Part shown: positions 63,191 to 64,000 of the stretch, piece after piece
Position numbering within the stretch: position 1 is the stretch's first letter
Layout of the letters: each line of letters opens with the position of its first letter
Assembly: GCF_963921235.1 (NCBI RefSeq)
Contig: NC_086108.1
Span: 83,888,001 to 83,952,000 of the forward strand
DNA: 64,000 nucleotides
DNA from: Mobula hypostoma
Taxonomy: Eukaryota
Direction of reading: 5' to 3'
Translations under genes and position numbers: made by a program
Notes under the pieces: model-generated
The model's input: only the letters and a program-made list of their open reading frames with translations
Told to the model about the DNA's origin: nothing
Database searches by the model: none

Positions 63191-64000
63191 AAAGAACAGC
63201 CATGATGTTATTAGATGGCTGGATAGGCATGAGGAATCCAATATGCTCCTCCCTTCTATTTCTTAAACTATGCTGGAACCATATCCACGCAAGTTACGAG
63301 TACCATTGAGTACTTCATCTGCATTGGTTACCGTTACCACATTACAGAAAAAAGTGATTGCACTGGACAGGGTGTGTGAGGAAAGATTGTACAGGCTGAT
63401 CATGTTTGCTTTTTAAACAGAGGTGGCTGAGGTGAGATTTCCTTGTGGTAGATGCCGAACCACTTAAAAGTATTTACAGTCAGAGGAGTGGACCAAGTCA
63501 GATCACCCAGGTAAGAGGAAAAGATAGTGTGGACACACAAGAGACAGCAGGAGCTGGAACTTGAGGTGACAAATAAGATTATGAAGGAAGTCAACAGGTC
63601 AGGCAGGATTTGTGGGATAAAATGCATATCATTTTATGTTGAGGCCCTTCATCAGAACTCATTCTCAGACCAAAACATCAACTCCCCATTTCCCTCCACA
63701 GTTACTGCCTGACCTGCTGAATTCCTACAGCACCTTGTCCCTGACTAAAAAATGATGTGACTCTCATGAGGTTATTTGGTTTATACCAACATTATATTGT
63801 TGTCTTCTTCCTATACTAACTCTTTATAATCAAGGTGAAAATAGTTTTCTCTATGCCAATCGAATCTGCTATCGTTTGAAGTCCATACCCTTATATGTGA
63901 CACAGTATCAACAGCTTTCACAATTACCCTTCCATAGATACAATATTTAGCACATCCAGGATCAAATGGCACATTTTTGCACTTCTCCTGTTCTTTTTAG

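Noticed and set aside
63975..64000. Strong splice-acceptor-like tracts at the window end and near 49194
   Set aside because: No supportable exon or reading frame can be seen.
1..64000. CRISPR arrays, rRNA, prokaryotic operons
   Set aside because: No regularly spaced repeat-spacer units or rRNA motifs; the sequence is vertebrate, intron-containing and TE-rich.

Overview
Eukaryotic vertebrate DNA. The repeat content (abundant CR1, HE1-like V-SINEs, Deu-SINEs, Rex/Babar, Penelope-like elements) suggests a cartilaginous fish, probably a ray; this is inference. The only supportable host gene is a GDNF-family neurotrophic ligand on the minus strand, most likely artemin. It has two coding exons (4382/4334..4118 and 1344..896) joined by a phase-1 GT-AG intron. 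The product has a signal peptide, an RHQR/SP furin site and a complete 7-Cys cystine knot. The remaining ~59 kb is upstream or intronic sequence packed with transposon relics, many nested and with readable target-site duplications (TSDs). The most notable non-coding signal is a family of Penelope-like (GIY-YIG) elements carrying a minimal type-I hammerhead-ribozyme motif, seen in about 12 copies, several in fold-back mini-elements. Other notable items: a Tigger4/Zombi-like transposon, a Meta-type SINE, a palindromic mariner MITE with nested TIRs, a Harbinger derivative, a solo LTR, and non-coding retroposons with a YY1-like 5' end. Repeat family names come from recalled motifs, not database searches. 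Boundaries without a TSD or TIR are approximate.
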